The notes under the pieces: generated by a model | What the model was told of the DNA's origin: nothing | The model's input: the letters and a program-made list of their open reading frames with translations, nothing else | The model's database searches: none | Part shown: piece after piece, positions 23,901 through 36,990 of the stretch | How the letters are laid out: every line of letters starts with the position of its first letter | Position numbering within the stretch: the first letter of the stretch is position 1 | Made by a program: the position numbers and the translations under genes | Assembly (NCBI GenBank): GCA_964016885.1 | Contig: OZ024743.1 | Location: 135,346,001 to 135,410,000, forward strand | DNA from: Eledone cirrhosa | Taxonomy: Eukaryota | Length of the DNA: 64,000 nucleotides | Direction of reading: 5' to 3'

Positions 23901-26900
23901 GTGTTTGGTTCTTGGTGCTTGGTGTTTGGTGTTTGGTGCTTGGTGCTTGGTGCTTGGTGTTTGGTTCTTGGTGCCTGGTGCTTGGTGTTTGGTGCTTGGT
24001 GCTTGGTGTTAGGTGATTGGTGCTTGGTGTTTGGTGCTTGGTGCTTGGTGCTTGGTGCTTGGTGTTAGGCATTTGGTGCTTGGTGCTTGGTGTTTGATGT
24101 TTGGTCCTTGGTGCTTGGTGTTTGGTATTTGGTGCTTGGTGCTTGGTGTTTGTTGTTTGGTGCTTGCTGCTTGCTGCTTGGTGTTTGGTGCTTGGTGATT
24201 GGTGCTTGGTGTTTTGTGCTTTTTGCTTGGTGTTTGGTGTTTGGTGCTAGGGTCTTGGTGCTTGGTGCTTGGTGTTTGGTGCTTGGTGCTCGGTGTTTGG
24301 TGTTTGGTGCTTGGTGCGTGGGGCTTGGTGTTTGGTGCTTGGTGTTTGGTGCTTGGTGTTTGGTGCTTGCTGTTTTGTGCTTGGTGCTTGGTGTTTGGTG
24401 TTTGGTGTTTGGTGCTTGGTGCTTGGTGTTTGGTGCTTGGTGCTTGGTGCTTGGTGCTTGGTGCTTGGTCTTTGGTGCTTGGTGCTTGGTGATTGGTGCT
24501 TGGGGTTTGGTGTTTGGTGCTTGGTGTTTGGTGCTTGGTGCTTGCTGTTTGGTGTTTGGTTCTTGGTGCTTGGTGTTTGGTGTTTGGTGTTTGGTGCTTG
24601 GTGTTTGGTGCTTGGTGTTTGGTGCTTGGTGCTTGGTGTTTGGTGCTGCGTGCTTGGTGTTTGGTGTTTGGTGCTTGGTGCTTGGTGCCTGTGTTTCGTG
24701 CTTGGTGCTTGGTGCTTGGTGTTTGGTGTTTGGTGCTTGGTGGTTGGTGTTTGGTACTTGGTGCTTGGTGCTTGGTGCTTGGTGTTTGATGCTGCGTGCC
24801 TGGTGTTTGGTGTTTGGTGCTTGGTGCTTGGTGTTTGGTGTTTCGTGCTTGGTGCCTGGTGCTTGTTGTTTGGTGTTTGCTGCTTGGTGCTTGGTGTTTG
24901 GTGTTTGGTGCTTGGTGCTTGGTATCTGGTGTTTGGTGCTTGGTGTTTGGTGTTTGGTGCTTGGTGCTTGGTGCTTGGTGTTTGGTGTTTGGTGCTTCGT
25001 GCTTGGTGTTTGGTGCTTGGTGTTTGGTGTTTGGTGTTTGATGCTTGGTGTTTGCTGCTTGGTGCTTGGTGCTTGGTGCTTGGTGTTTGGTGCTTCGGTC
25101 TTGGTGCTTGGTGTTTGGTGCTTGGTGCTTGTTGTTTGGTGCTTGGTGCCTGGTGCTTGGTGTTTGGTGCTTGGTGCTTGGTGTTTGGTGCTTATTGTTT
25201 GGTGCTTGGTGCTTGGTGCTTGGTGCTAGGTGTTTGGTGCTTGGTGCTTGGTGTTTGATGTTTGGTGCTTGGTGTTTGGTGCTTGGTGCTTGGTTTTGTT
25301 GTTTGGTGCTTGCTGCTTGCTGCTTGGTGTTTGGTGCTTGGTGATTGGTGCTTGGTGTTTTGTGCTTCGTGCTTGGTGTTTGGTGTTTGTTGCTAGGGGC
25401 TTCGTGCTTGGTGCTTGGTGTTTGGTACTTGGTGCTTGCTGTTTGGTGTTTGGTGCTTGGTGCGTGGGACTTAGTGTTTGGTGTTTGGTGCTTGGTGTTT
25501 GGTGCTTGGTGTTTGGGGCTTGGTGTTCGGTGCTTGGTGCTTGCTGCTTGGTGCTTGGTGTTTGGTGTTTGGTGCTTGGTGCTTGGTGTTTGATGTTGGG
25601 TCCTTAGTGCTTCGTGCTTGGTGTTTGGTGCTTGGTGTTTGGTGTTTGGTGCTTGCTGCTTGCTGCTTGTTGTTTCGTTCTTTGTGATTGCTGCTTGGTG
25701 CTTGGTGTTTGGTGCTTGGTGCTTGGTGTTTGGTGTTTGGTGTTTGGTGCTTGGGGCTTGGTGTTTTGTGCTTGGTGCTTGGTGCTTGGTGTTTGGTGTT
25801 TGGTGTTTGGTGCTTGCTGTTTGGTGTTTGGTGTTTGGTGTTTGGTGCTTGGTGTTTGGTGCTTGGTGCTTGGTTTTTGGTGTTTGGTGCTTGGTACCTG
25901 GTGCTTGTTGTTTGGTGTTTGGTGCTTGGTGCTTGGTGCTTGGTGTTTGGTGCTTGGTGTCTTTTGTTTGGTGCTAGGTGCTTGGTGCTTGGTGTTTGGT
26001 GTTTGGTGCTTGGTGCTTGGTGTTTGGTGTTTGGTGCTGGGTGCTTGGAGTTTGGTGCTTGGTGCTTGGTGCTTAGTGCTTGGTGTTTGGTGTTTGGTGC
26101 TTGGTGTTTGGTGTTTGGTGTTTGATGCTTGGTGTGTGCTGCTTGGTGCTTGGTGCTTGGTGTTTTGTGTTTGGTGCTTGGTGCTTGGTGCCTGGTTCTT
26201 GGTGCTTGGTGCTTGTTGTTTGGTGCTTGGTGCTTGGTGATTAGTGTTTGGTGCTTGGTGCTTGGGGTTTGCTGTTTGATGCTTGGTGCTTGGTGTTTGG
26301 TGCTTGGTGTCTGGTGTTTGGTGTTTGGTGTTTGGTGCTTGGTGCTTGGTGTTTGGGTTTTGGTGCTTGGTGCTTGGTGTTTGGTGTTTGGTGCTTGGTG
26401 TTTGGTGTTTGGTGCTTGGTGTTTGGTACTTGGTGCTTGGTGCTTGGTGTTTGGTGCTGGGTGCTTGGTGTTTGGTGTTTGGTGCTTGGTGCTTGGTGTT
26501 TGGTGTTTGATGCTTGGTGTTTGATGCTTGTTGCTTGGTGCTTGGTGTTTTGTGTTTGGTGTTTGGTGCTTGGTGTATGTACTTGGTGCTTGGTGCTTGG
26601 TGTTTGGTGATTGGTGCTTGGGGTTTGGTCTTTGGTACTTGGTGTTTGGTGCTTGGTGCTTGCTGTTTGGTGTTTGGTGTTTGGTTCTTGGTGCTTGGTG
26701 TTTGGTGTTTGGTGCTTGGTGCCTGCTGCTTGTTGTTTGGTATTTGGTGCTAAGTGCTTTGTGTTTGGTGTTTGGTGTTTGGTGCTTGGTGCTTGGTGGC
26801 TAGTGTTTGGTGCTTGGTGTTTGGTGTTTGGTGCTTGGTGCTTGGTGCCTGGTGTTTCGTGCTTGGTGCTTGGTGCTTGGTGTTTGGTGTTTGGTGCTTG

Positions 26901-29900
26901 GTGGTTGGTGTTTGGTGTTTGGTGCTTGGTGCTTGGTGTTTGGTGCTTGGTGCTTGGTTTTTGGTGTTTGGTGCTTGGTGCTTGGTGCTTGGTATTTTGT
27001 GCTTGGTGTCTGGTGTTTGGTGCTTGGTGCTTGGTGCTTGGTGTTTAGTGTTTGGTGCTTGGTGCTTGGTGTTTGGTGTTTGGTGCTGGGTGCTTGGAGT
27101 TTGGTGCTTGGTGCTTGGTGCTTAGTGCTTGGTGTTTGGTGTTTGGTGCTTGGTGTTTGGTGTTTGGTGTTTGATGCTTGGTGTGTGCTGCTTGGTGCTT
27201 GGTGCTTGGTGTTTTGTGTTTGGTGCTTGGTGCTTGGTGCCTGGTTCTTGGTGCTTGGTGCTTGTTGTTTGGTGCTTGGTGCTTGGTGATTAGTGTTTGG
27301 TGCTTGGTGCTTGGGGTTTGCTGTTTGGTTCTTGGTGCTTGGTGTTTGGTGCTTGGTGCTTGGTGTTTGGTGCTTGGTGTTTGTTGCTTGGTGTCTGGTA
27401 TTTGGTGTTTGGTGTTTGGTGCTTGGTGCTTGGTGTTTGGGTTTTGGTGCTTGGTGCTTGGTGTTTGGTGTTTGGTGCTTGGTGTTTGGTGTTTGGTGCT
27501 TGGTGTTTGGTGCTTGGTGCTTGGTGCTTGGTGTTTGGTGCTGGGTGCTTGGTGCTTGGTGTTTGGTGTTTGGTGCTTGGTGCTTGGTGTTTGGTGTTTG
27601 GTGTTTGATGCTTGGTGTTTGATGCTTGTTGCTTGGTGCTTGGTGTTTTGTGTTTGGTGTTTGGTGCTTGGTGTATGTACTTGGTGCTTGGTGCTTGGTG
27701 TTTGGTGCTTGGTTCTTGGTGTTTGGTGATTGGTGCTTGGTGGTTGGTGTTTGGTGCTTGGTGCTTGGTGTTTGGTACTTGGTGCTTGGTGTTTGGTGTT
27801 TGGTGCTTGGAGTTTGGTGCTTGGTGCTTGGTGCTTGGTGCTTGGTGTTATGTGTTTGGTGCTTGGTGCTTGGTGTTTGGTGGTGGTGCTTGGTGTTTGG
27901 TGCTTGGTGCCTGGTGCTTGGTGTTTGGTGCTTGGTGTTTGGTGCTTGGTGTTTGGTGCTTGGTGTTTGGTGATTTGTGCTTGGTGCTTAGTGCTTGGTG
28001 TTTGGTGCTTGGTGTTTGGTGCTTGGTGTTTGGCGTTTGCTGTTTGATATTTGGTGTTTGGTGTTTGCTGTTTGGTGTTTGGTGCTTGGTGTTTGGTGCT
28101 TGGTGCTTGCTGTTTGGTGTTTGGTGTTTGGTTCTTGGTGCTTGGTGTTTGGTGTTTGGTGCTTGGTTCTTGGTGCTTGGTGTTTGGTGCTTGGTGCCTG
28201 GTGCTTGATGTTTGGTGCTTGGTGCTTGGTGTTAGGTGATTGGTGCTTGGTGTTTGGTGCTTGGTGCTTGGTGCTTGGTGCTTGGTGTTAGGCATTTGGT
28301 GCTTGGTGCTTGGTGTTTGATGTTTGGTCCTTGGTGCTTGGTGTTTGGTATTTGGTGCTTGGTGCTTGGTGTTTGGTGTTTGGTGCTTGCTGCTTGCTGC
28401 TTGGTGTTTGGTGCTTGGTGATTGGTGCTTGGTGTTTTGTGCTTTTTGCTTGGTGTTTGGTGTTTGGTGCTAGGGTCTTGGTGCTTGGTGCTTGGTGTTT
28501 GGTGCTTGGTGCTCGGTGTTTGGTGTTTGGTGCATGGTGCGTGGGGCTTGGTGTTTGGTGCTTGGTGTTTGGTGCTTGGTGTTTGGTGCTTGCTGTTTGG
28601 TGCTTGGTGCTTGGTGTTTGGTGTTTGGTGTTTGGTGCTTGGTGCTTGGTGTTTGGTGCTTGGTGCTTGGTGCTTGGTGCTTGGTGCTTGGTCTTTGGTG
28701 CTTGGTGCTTGGTGATTAGTGTTTGGTGATTGGTGCTTGGGGTTTGGTGTTTGGTACTTGGTGTTTGGTGCTTGGTGCTTGCTGTTTGGTGTTTGGTTCT
28801 TGGTGCTTGGTGTTTGGTGTTTGGTGTTTGGTGCTTGGTGCTTGGTGCTTGGTGTTTGGTGCTTGGTGCTTGGTGTTTGGTGCTGCGTGCTTGGTGTTTG
28901 GTGTTTGGTGCTTGGTGCTTGGTGCCTGTGTTTCGTGCTTGGTGCTTGGTGCTTGGTGTTTGGTGTTTGGTGCTTGGTGGTTGGTGTTTGGTACTTGGTG
29001 CTTGGTGCTTGGTGCTTGGTGTTTGATACTGCGTGCCTGGTGTTTGGTGTTTGGTGCTTGGTGCTTGGTGTTTGGTGTTTCGTGCTTGGTGCCTGGTGCT
29101 TGTTGTTTGGTGTTTGCTGCTTGGTGCTTGGTGTTTGGTGTTTGGTGCTGGGTGCTTGGAGTTTGGTGCTTGGTGCTTGGTGCTTAGTGCTTGGTGTTTG
29201 GTGTTTGGTGCTTGGTGTTTGGTGTTTGGTGTTTGATGCTTGGTGTGTGCTGCTTGGTGCTTGGTGCTTGGTGTTTTGTGTTTGGTGCTTGGTGCTTGGT
29301 GCCTGGTTCTTGGTGCTTGGTGCTTGTTGTTTGGTGCTTGGTGCTTGGTGATTAGTGTTTGGTGCTTGGTGCTTGGGGTTTGCTGTTTGGTGCTTGGTGC
29401 TTGGTGTTTGGTGCTTGGTGCTTGGTGTTTGGTGTTTGGTGTTTGGTGCTTGGTGTCTGATGTTTGGTGTTTGGTGTTTGGTGCTTGGTGCTTGGTGTTT
29501 GGGTTTTGGTGCTTGGTGCTTGGTGTTTGGTGTTTGGTGCTTGGTGTTTGGTGTTTGGTGCTTGGTGTTTTGTGCTTGGTGCTTGGTGCTTGGTGTTTGG
29601 TGCTGGGTGCTTGGTGCTTGGTGTTTTGTGTTTGGTGTTTGGTGCTTGGTGTATGTACTTGGTGCTTGGTACTTGGTGTTTGGTGCTTGGTTCTTGGTGT
29701 TTGGTGATTGGTGCTTGGTGCTTGGTGTTTGGTGCTTGGTGTTTGGTGTTTGGTGTTTGATGCTTGGTGTTTGATGCTTGTTGCTTGGTGCTTGGTGTTT
29801 TGTGTTTGGTGTTTGGTGCTTGGTGTATGTACTTGGTGCTTGGTACTTGGTGTTTGGTGCTTGGTTCTTGGTGTTTGGTGATTGGTGCTTGGTGCTTGGT

Positions 29901-32900
29901 GTTTGGTGCTTGGTGCTTGGTGTTTGGTACTTGGTGCTTGGTGTTTGGTGTTTGGTGCTTGGAGTTTGGTGCTTGGTGCTTGGTGCTTGGTGCTTGGTGT
30001 TATGTGTTTGGTGCTTGGTGTTTGGTGGTGGTGCTTGGTGTTTGGTGCTTGGTGCCTGGTGCTTGGTGTTTGGTGCTTGGTGTTTGGTGCTTGGTGTTTG
30101 GTGCTTGGTGTTTGGTGATTTGTGCTTGGTGCTTAGTGCTTGGTGTTTGGTGCTTGGTGCTTGGTGCTTGGTGTTTGGCGTTTGCTGTTTGCTGTTTGGT
30201 GTTTGGTGTTTGCTGTTTGGTGTTTGGTGCTTGGTGTTTGGTGCTTGGAGCTTGCTGTTTGGTGTTTGGTGTTTGGTTCTTGGTGCTTGGTGTTTGGTGT
30301 TTGGTGCTTGGTGCTTGGTGCTTGGTGTTTGGTTCTTGGTGCCTGGTGCTTGGTGTTTGGTGCTTGGTGCTTGGTGTTAGGTGATTGGTGCTTGGTGTTT
30401 GGTGCTTGGTGCTTGGTGCTTGGTGCTTGGTGTTAGGCATTTGGTGCTTGGTGCTTGGTGTTTGATGTTTGGTCCTTGGTGCTTGGTGTTTGGTATTTGG
30501 TGCTTGGTGCTTGGTGTTTGTTGTTTGGTGCTTGCTGCTTGCTGCTTGGTGTTTGGTGCTTGGTGATTGGTGCTTGGTGTTTTGTGCTTTTTGCTTGGTG
30601 TTTGGTGTTTGGTGCTAGGGTCTTGGTGCTTGGTGCTTGGTGTTTGGTGCTTGGTGCTCGGTGTTTGGTGTTTGGTGCTTGGTGCGTGGGGCTTGGTGTT
30701 TGGTGCTTGGTGTTTGGTGCTTGGTGTTTGGTGCTTGCTGTTTTGTGCTTGGTGCTTGGTGTTTGGTGTTTGGTGTTTGGTGCTTGGTGCTTGGTGTTTG
30801 GTGCTTGGTGCTTGGTGCTTGGTGCTTGGTGCTTGGTCTTTGGTGCTTGGTGCTTGGTGATTGGTGCTTGGGGTTTGGTGTTTGGTGCTTGGTGTTTGGT
30901 GCTTGGTGCTTGCTGTTTGGTGTTTGGTTCTTGGTGCTTGGTGTTTGGTGTTTGGTGTTTGGTGCTTGGTGTTTGGTGCTTGGTGTTTGGTGCTTGGTGC
31001 TTGGTGTTTGGTGCTGCGTGCTTGGTGTTTGGTGTTTGGTGCTTGGTGCTTGGTGCCTGTGTTTCGTGCTTGGTGCTTGGTGCTTGGTGTTTGGTGTTTG
31101 GTGCTTGGTGGTTGGTGTTTGGTACTTGGTGCTTGGTGCTTGGTGCTTGGTGTTTGATGCTGCGTGCCTGGTGTTTGGTGTTTGGTGCTTGGTGCTTGGT
31201 GTTTGGTGTTTCGTGCTTGGTGCCTGGTGCTTGTTGTTTGGTGTTTGCTGCTTGGTGCTTGGTGTTTGGTGTTTGGTGCTTGGTGCTTGGTATCTGGTGT
31301 TTGGTGCTTGGTGTTTGGTGTTTGGTGCTTGGTGCTTGGTGCTTGGTGTTTGGTGTTTGGTGCTTCGTGCTTGGTGTTTGGTGCTTGGTGTTTGGTGTTT
31401 GGTGTTTGATGCTTGGTGTTTGCTGCTTGGTGCTTGGTGCTTGGTGCTTGGTGTTTGGTGCTTCGGTCTTGGTGCTTGGTGTTTGGTGCTTGGTGCTTGT
31501 TGTTTGGTGCTTGGTGCCTGGTGCTTGGTGTTTGGTGCTTGGTGCTTGGTGTTTGGTGCTTATTGTTTGGTGCTTGGTGCTTGGTGCTTGGTGCTAGGTG
31601 TTTGGTGCTTGGTGCTTGGTGTTTGATGTTTGGTGCTTGGTGTTTGGTGCTTGGTGCTTGGTTTTGTTGTTTGGTGCTTGCTGCTTGCTGCTTGGTGTTT
31701 GGTGCTTGGTGATTGGTGCTTGGTGTTTTGTGCTTCGTGCTTGGTGTTTGGTGTTTGTTGCTAGGGGCTTCGTGCTTGGTGCTTGGTGTTTGGTACTTGG
31801 TGCTTGCTGTTTGGTGTTTGGTGCTTGGTGCGTGGGACTTAGTGTTTGGTGTTTGGTGCTTGGTGTTTGGTGCTTGGTGTTTGGGGCTTGGTGTTCGGTG
31901 CTTGGTGCTTGCTGCTTGGTGCTTGGTGTTTGGTGTTTGGTGCTTGGTGCTTGGTGTTTGATGTTGGGTCCTTAGTGCTTCGTGCTTGGTGTTTGGTGCT
32001 TGGTGTTTGGTGTTTGGTGCTTGCTGCTTGCTGCTTGTTGTTTCGTTCTTTGTGATTGCTGCTTGGTGCTTGGTGTTTGGTGCTTGGTGCTTGGTGTTTG
32101 GTGTTTGGTGTTTGGTGCTTGGGGCTTGGTGTTTTGTGCTTGGTGCTTGGTGCTTGGTGTTTGGTGTTTGGTGTTTGGTGCTTGCTGTTTGGTGTTTGGT
32201 GTTTGGTGTTTGGTGCTTGGTGTTTGGTGCTTGGTGCTTGGTTTTTGGTGTTTGGTGCTTGGTACCTGGTGCTTGTTGTTTGGTGTTTGGTGCTTGGTGC
32301 TTGGTGCTTGGTGTTTGGTGCTTGGTGTCTTTTGTTTGGTGCTAGGTGCTTGGTGCTTGGTGTTTGGTGTTTGGTGCTTGGTGCTTGGTGTTTGGTGTTT
32401 GGTGCTGGGTGCTTGGAGTTTGGTGCTTGGTGCTTGGTGCTTAGTGCTTGGTGTTTGGTGTTTGGTGCTTGGTGTTTGGTGTTTGGTGTTTGATGCTTGG
32501 TGTGTGCTGCTTGGTGCTTGGTGCTTGGTGTTTTGTGTTTGGTGCTTGGTGCTTGGTGCCTGGTTCTTGGTGCTTGGTGCTTGTTGTTTGGTGCTTGGTG
32601 CTTGGTGATTAGTGTTTGGTGCTTGGTGCTTGGGGTTTGCTGTTTGATGCTTGGTGCTTGGTGTTTGGTGCTTGGTGTCTGGTGTTTGGTGTTTGGTGTT
32701 TGGTGCTTGGTGCTTGGTGTTTGGGTTTTGGTGCTTGGTGCTTGGTGTTTGGTGTTTGGTGCTTGGTGTTTGGTGTTTGGTGCTTGGTGTTTGGTGCTTG
32801 GTGCTTGGTGCTTGGTGTTTGGTGCTGGGTGCTTGGTGTTTGGTGTTTGGTGCTTGGTGCTTGGTGTTTGGTGTTTGATGCTTGGTGTTTGATGCTTGTT

Positions 32901-32977
32901 GCTTGGTGCTTGGTGTTTTGTGTTTGGTGTTTGGTGCTTGGTGTATGTACTTGGTGCTTGGTGCTTGGTGTTTGGTG
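20243..32977 (+). repeat. Head-to-tail tandem duplication, unit 6368 bp (about 20243-26610 and 26611-32977)
   Basis: ORFs recur at +6368 throughout (20386/26754, 20677/27045, 24087/30455, 26514/32882). Noticed differences: 20626G/26994A, 22748C/29116G, 26428A/32796G. Confidence 0.95.
23240..23570 (+). repeat. 174-bp local tandem duplication (also at about 29608-29938)
   Basis: TATGTA CTTGGTG CTTGGTA at 23284 and 23458. 174 = 25x7 - 1, consistent with one 6-mer per unit. Confidence 0.8.
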
Positions 32978-35900
32978 CTTGGTTCTTGGTGTTTAGTGAT
33001 TGGTGCTTGGTGCTTGGTGTTTGGTGCTTGGTGCTTGGTGTTTGGTACTTGGTGCTTGGTGTTTGGTGTTTGGTGCTTGGTGTTTGGTGCTTGGTGCTTG
33101 GTGCTTGGTGCTTGGTGTTATGTGTTTGGTGCTTGGTGCTTGGTGTTTGGTGCTTGGTGCTTGGTGTTTGGTGCCTGGTGCCTGGTGCTTGGTGTTTGGT
33201 GCTTGGTGTTTGGTGCTTGGTGTTTGGTGCTTGGTGTTCGGTGCTTTTTGCTTGGTGCTTGGTGATTGGTGTTTGGTGTTTGGTGCTTGGTGCTTGGTGT
33301 TTGATGTTTGGTCCTTGGTGCTTGGTGTTTGGTGATTTGTGCTTGGTGCTTGGTGCTTGGTGTTTGGTGCTTGGTGCTTGGTGCTTGGTGTTTGGCGTTT
33401 GCTGTTTGCTGTTTGGCATTTGGTGTTTGCTGTTTGGTGTTTGGTGCTTGGTGTTTGGTGCTTGGTGCTTGCTGTTTGGTGTTTGGTGTTTGGTTCTTGG
33501 TGCTTGGAGTTTGGTGCTTGGTGCTTGGTGCTTGGTGCTTGGTGTTATGTGTTTGGTGCTTGGTGTTTGGTGGTGGTGCTTGGTGTTTGGTGCTTGGTGC
33601 CTGGTGCTTGGTGTTTGGTGCTTGGTGTTTGGTGCTTGGTGTTTGGTGCTTGGTGTTTGGTGATTTGTGCTTGGTGCTTAGTGCTTGGTGTTTGGTGCTT
33701 GGTGCTTGGTGCTTGGTGTTTGGCGTTTGCTGTTTGCTGTTTGGTGTTTGGTGTTTGCTGTTTGGTGTTTGGTGCTTGGTGTTTGGTGCTTGGTGCTTGC
33801 TGTTTGGTGTTTGGTGTTTGGTTCTTGGTGCTTGGTGTTTGGTGTTTGGTGCTTGGTGCTTGGTGCTTGGTGTTTGGTGCTTGGTGCCTGGTGCTTGGTG
33901 TTTGGTGCTTGGTGCTTGGTGTTAGGTGATTGGTGCTTGGTGTTTGGTGCTTGGTGCTTGGTGCTTGGTGCTTGGTGTTAGGCATTTGGTGCTTGGTGCT
34001 TGGTGTTTGATGTTTGGTCCTTGGTGCTTGGTGTTTGGTATTTGGTGCTTGGTGCTTGGTGTTTGGTGTTTGGTGCTTGCTGCTTGCTGCTTGGTGTTTG
34101 GTGCTTGGTGATTGGTGCTTGGTGTTTTGTGCTTTTTGCTTGGTGTTTGGTGTTTGGTGCTAGGGTCTTGGTGCTTGGTGCTTGGTGTTTGGTGCTTGGT
34201 GCTCGGTGTTTGGTGTTTGGTGCTTGGTGCGTGGGGCTTGGTGTTTGGTGCTTGGTGTTTGGTGCTTGGTGTTTGGTGCTTGCTGTTTTGTGCTTGGTGC
34301 TTGGTGTTTGGTGTTTGGTGTTTGGTGCTTGGTGCTTGGTGTTTGGTGCTTGGTGCTTGGTGCTTGGTGCTTGGTGCTTGGTGTTTGGTGCTTGGTGCTT
34401 GGTGATTGGTGCTTGGGGTTTGGTGTTTGGTGCTTGGTGTTTGGTGCTTGGTGCTTGCTGTTTGGTGTTTGGTTCTTGGTGCTTGGTGTTTGGTGTTTGG
34501 TGTTTGGTGCTTGGTGCTTGGTGCTTGGTGTTTGGTGCTTGGTGCTTGGTGTTTGGTGCTGCGTGCTTGGTGTTTGGTGTTTGGTGCTTGGTGCTTGGTG
34601 CCTGTGTTTCGTGCTTGGTGCTTGGTGCTTGGTGTTTCGTGTTTGGTGCTTGGTGGTTGGTGTTTGGTACTTGGTGCTTGGTGCTTGGTGCTTGGTGTTT
34701 GATGCTGCGTGCCTGGTGTTTGGTGTTTGGTGCTTGGTGCTTGGTGTTTGGTGTTTCGTGCTTGGTGCCTGGTGCTTGTTGTTTGGTGTTTGCTGCTTGG
34801 TGCTTGGTGTTTGGTGTTTGGTGCTTGGTGCTTGGTATCTGGTGTTTGGTGCTTGGTGTTTGGTGTTTGGTGCTTGGTGCTTGGTGCTTGGTGTTTGGTG
34901 TTTGGTTCTTCGTGCTTGGTGTTTGGTGCTTGGTGTTTGGTGTTTGGTGTTTGATGCTTGGTGTTTGCTGCTTGGTGCTTGGTGCTTGGTGCTTGGTGTT
35001 TGGTGCTTCGGTCTTGGTGCTTGGTGTTTGGTGCTTGGTGCTTGTTGTTTGGTGCTTGGTGCCTGGTGCTTGGTGTTTGGTGCTTGGTGCTTGGTGTTTG
35101 GTGCTTATTGTTTGGTGCTTGGTGCTTGGTGCTTGGTGCTAGGTGTTTGGTGCTTGGTGCTTGGTGTTTGATGTTTGGTGCTTGGTGTTTGGTGCTTGGT
35201 GCTTGGTTTTGGTGTTTGGTGCTTGCTGCTTGCTGCTTGGTGTTTGGTGCTTGGTGATTGGTGCTTGGTGTTTTGTGCTTCGTGCTTGGTGTTTGGTGTT
35301 TGTTGCTAGGGGCTTCGTGCTTGGTGCTTGGTGTTTGGTACTTGGTGCTTGCTGTTTGGTGTTTGGTGCTTGGTGCGTGGGACTTAGTGTTTGGTGTTTG
35401 GTGCTTGGTGTTTGGTGCTTGGTGTTTGGAGCTTGGTGTTCGGTGCTTGGTGCTTGCTGCTTGGTGCTTGGTGTTTGGTGTTTGGTGCTTGGTGCTTGGT
35501 GTTTGATGTTGGGTCCTTAGTGCTTCGTGCTTGGTGTTTGGTGCTTGGTGTTTGGTGTTTGGTGCTTGCTGCTTGCTGCTTGTTGTTTCGTTCTTTGTGA
35601 TTGCTGCTTGGTGCTTGGTGTTTGGTGCTTGGTGCTTGGTGTTTGGTGTTTGGTGTTTGGTGCTTGGGGCTTGGTGTTTTGTGCTTGGTGCTTGGTGCTT
35701 GGTGTTTGGTGTTTGGTGTTTGGTGCTTGCTGTTTGGTGTTTGGTGTTTGGTGTTTGGTGCTTGGTGTTTGGTGCTTGGTGCTTGGTTTTTGGTGTTTGG
35801 TGCTTGGTACCTGGTGCTTGTTGTTTGGTGTTTGGTGCTTGGTGCTTGGTGCTTGGTGTTTGGTGCTTGGTGTCTGGTGTTTGGTGCTAGGTGCTTGGTG

Positions 35901-36990
35901 CTTGGTGTTTGGTGTTTGGTGCTTGGTGCTTGGTGTTTGGTGTTTGGTGCTGGGTGCTTGGAGTTTGGTGCTTGGTGCTTGGTGCTTAGTGCTTGGTGTT
36001 TGGTGTTTGGTGCTTGGTGTTTGGTGTTTGGTGTTTGATGCTTGGTGTGTGCTGCTTGGTGCTTGGTGCTTGGTGTTTTGTGTTTGGTGCTTGGTGCTTG
36101 GTGCCTGGTTCTTGGTGCTTGGTGCTTGTTGTTTGGTGCTTGGTGCTTGGTGATTAGTGTTTGGTGCTTGGTGCTTGGGGTTTGCTGTTTGATGCTTGGT
36201 GCTTGGTGTTTGGTGCTTGGTGTCTGGTGTTTGGTGTTTGGTGTTTGGTGCTTGGTGCTTGGTGTTTGGGTTTTGGTGCTTGGTGCTTGGTGTTTGGTGT
36301 TTGGTGCTTGGTGTTTGGTGTTTGGTGCTTGGTGTTTGGTGCTTGGTGCTTGGTGTTTGGTGCTGGGTGCTTGGTGTTTGGTGTTTGGTGCTTGGTGCTT
36401 GGTGTTTGGTGTTTGATGCTTGGTGTTTGATGATTGTTGCTTGGTGCTTGGTGTTTTGTGTTTGGTGTTTGGTGCTTGGTGTATGTACTTGGTGCTTGGT
36501 GCTTGGTGTTTGGTGCTTGGTTCTTGGTGTTTAGTGATTGGTGCTTGGTGCTTGGTGTTTGGTGCTTGGTGCTTGGTGTTTGGTACTTGGTGCTTGGTGT
36601 TTGGTGTTTGGTGCTTGGTGTTTGGTGCTTGGTGCTTGGTGCTTGGTGCTTGGTGTTATGTGTTTGGTGCTTGGTGCTTGGTGTTTGGTGCTTGGTGCTT
36701 GGTGTTTGGTGCCTGGTGCCTGGTGCTTGGTGTTTGGTGCTTGGTGTTTGGTGCTTGGTGTTTGGTGCTTGGTGTTCGGTGCTTTTTGCTTGGTGCTTGG
36801 TGATTGGTGTTTGGTGTTTGGTGCTTGGTGTTTGGTGTTTGATGTTTGGTCCTTGGTGCTTGGTGCTTGGTGTTTGGCGTTTGCTGTTTGCTGTTTGGCA
36901 TTTGGTGTTTGCTGTTTGGTGTTTGGTGCTTGGTGTTTGGTGCTTGGTGCTTGCTGTTTGGTGTTTGGTGTTTGGTTCTTGGTGCTTGGT
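29958..36990 (+). repeat. Tandem duplication, unit about 3545 bp (29958-33502 and 33503 to about 36990)
   Basis: ORFs 30000/33545, 30455/34000 and 32497/36042 (+3545), then 32882/36420 and 33000/36538 (+3538). Both copies share the rare TTTGGCA monomer (33412, 36894). Confidence 0.88.

Noticed and set aside
31839-33419. Long - strand ORFs (526 aa here; also 20677-21927, 53518-55086, 59074-60495, 61852-63351) with heptad TKHQ[AT]P[SN], superficially mucin- or CTD-like
   Set aside because: Starts and stops are just rare variant monomers (CAT, TTA, CTA on +). Frameshifting 6-mers are tolerated and there is no non-repeat sequence or sign of codon constraint. Only ribosome profiling or proteomics could revive this.
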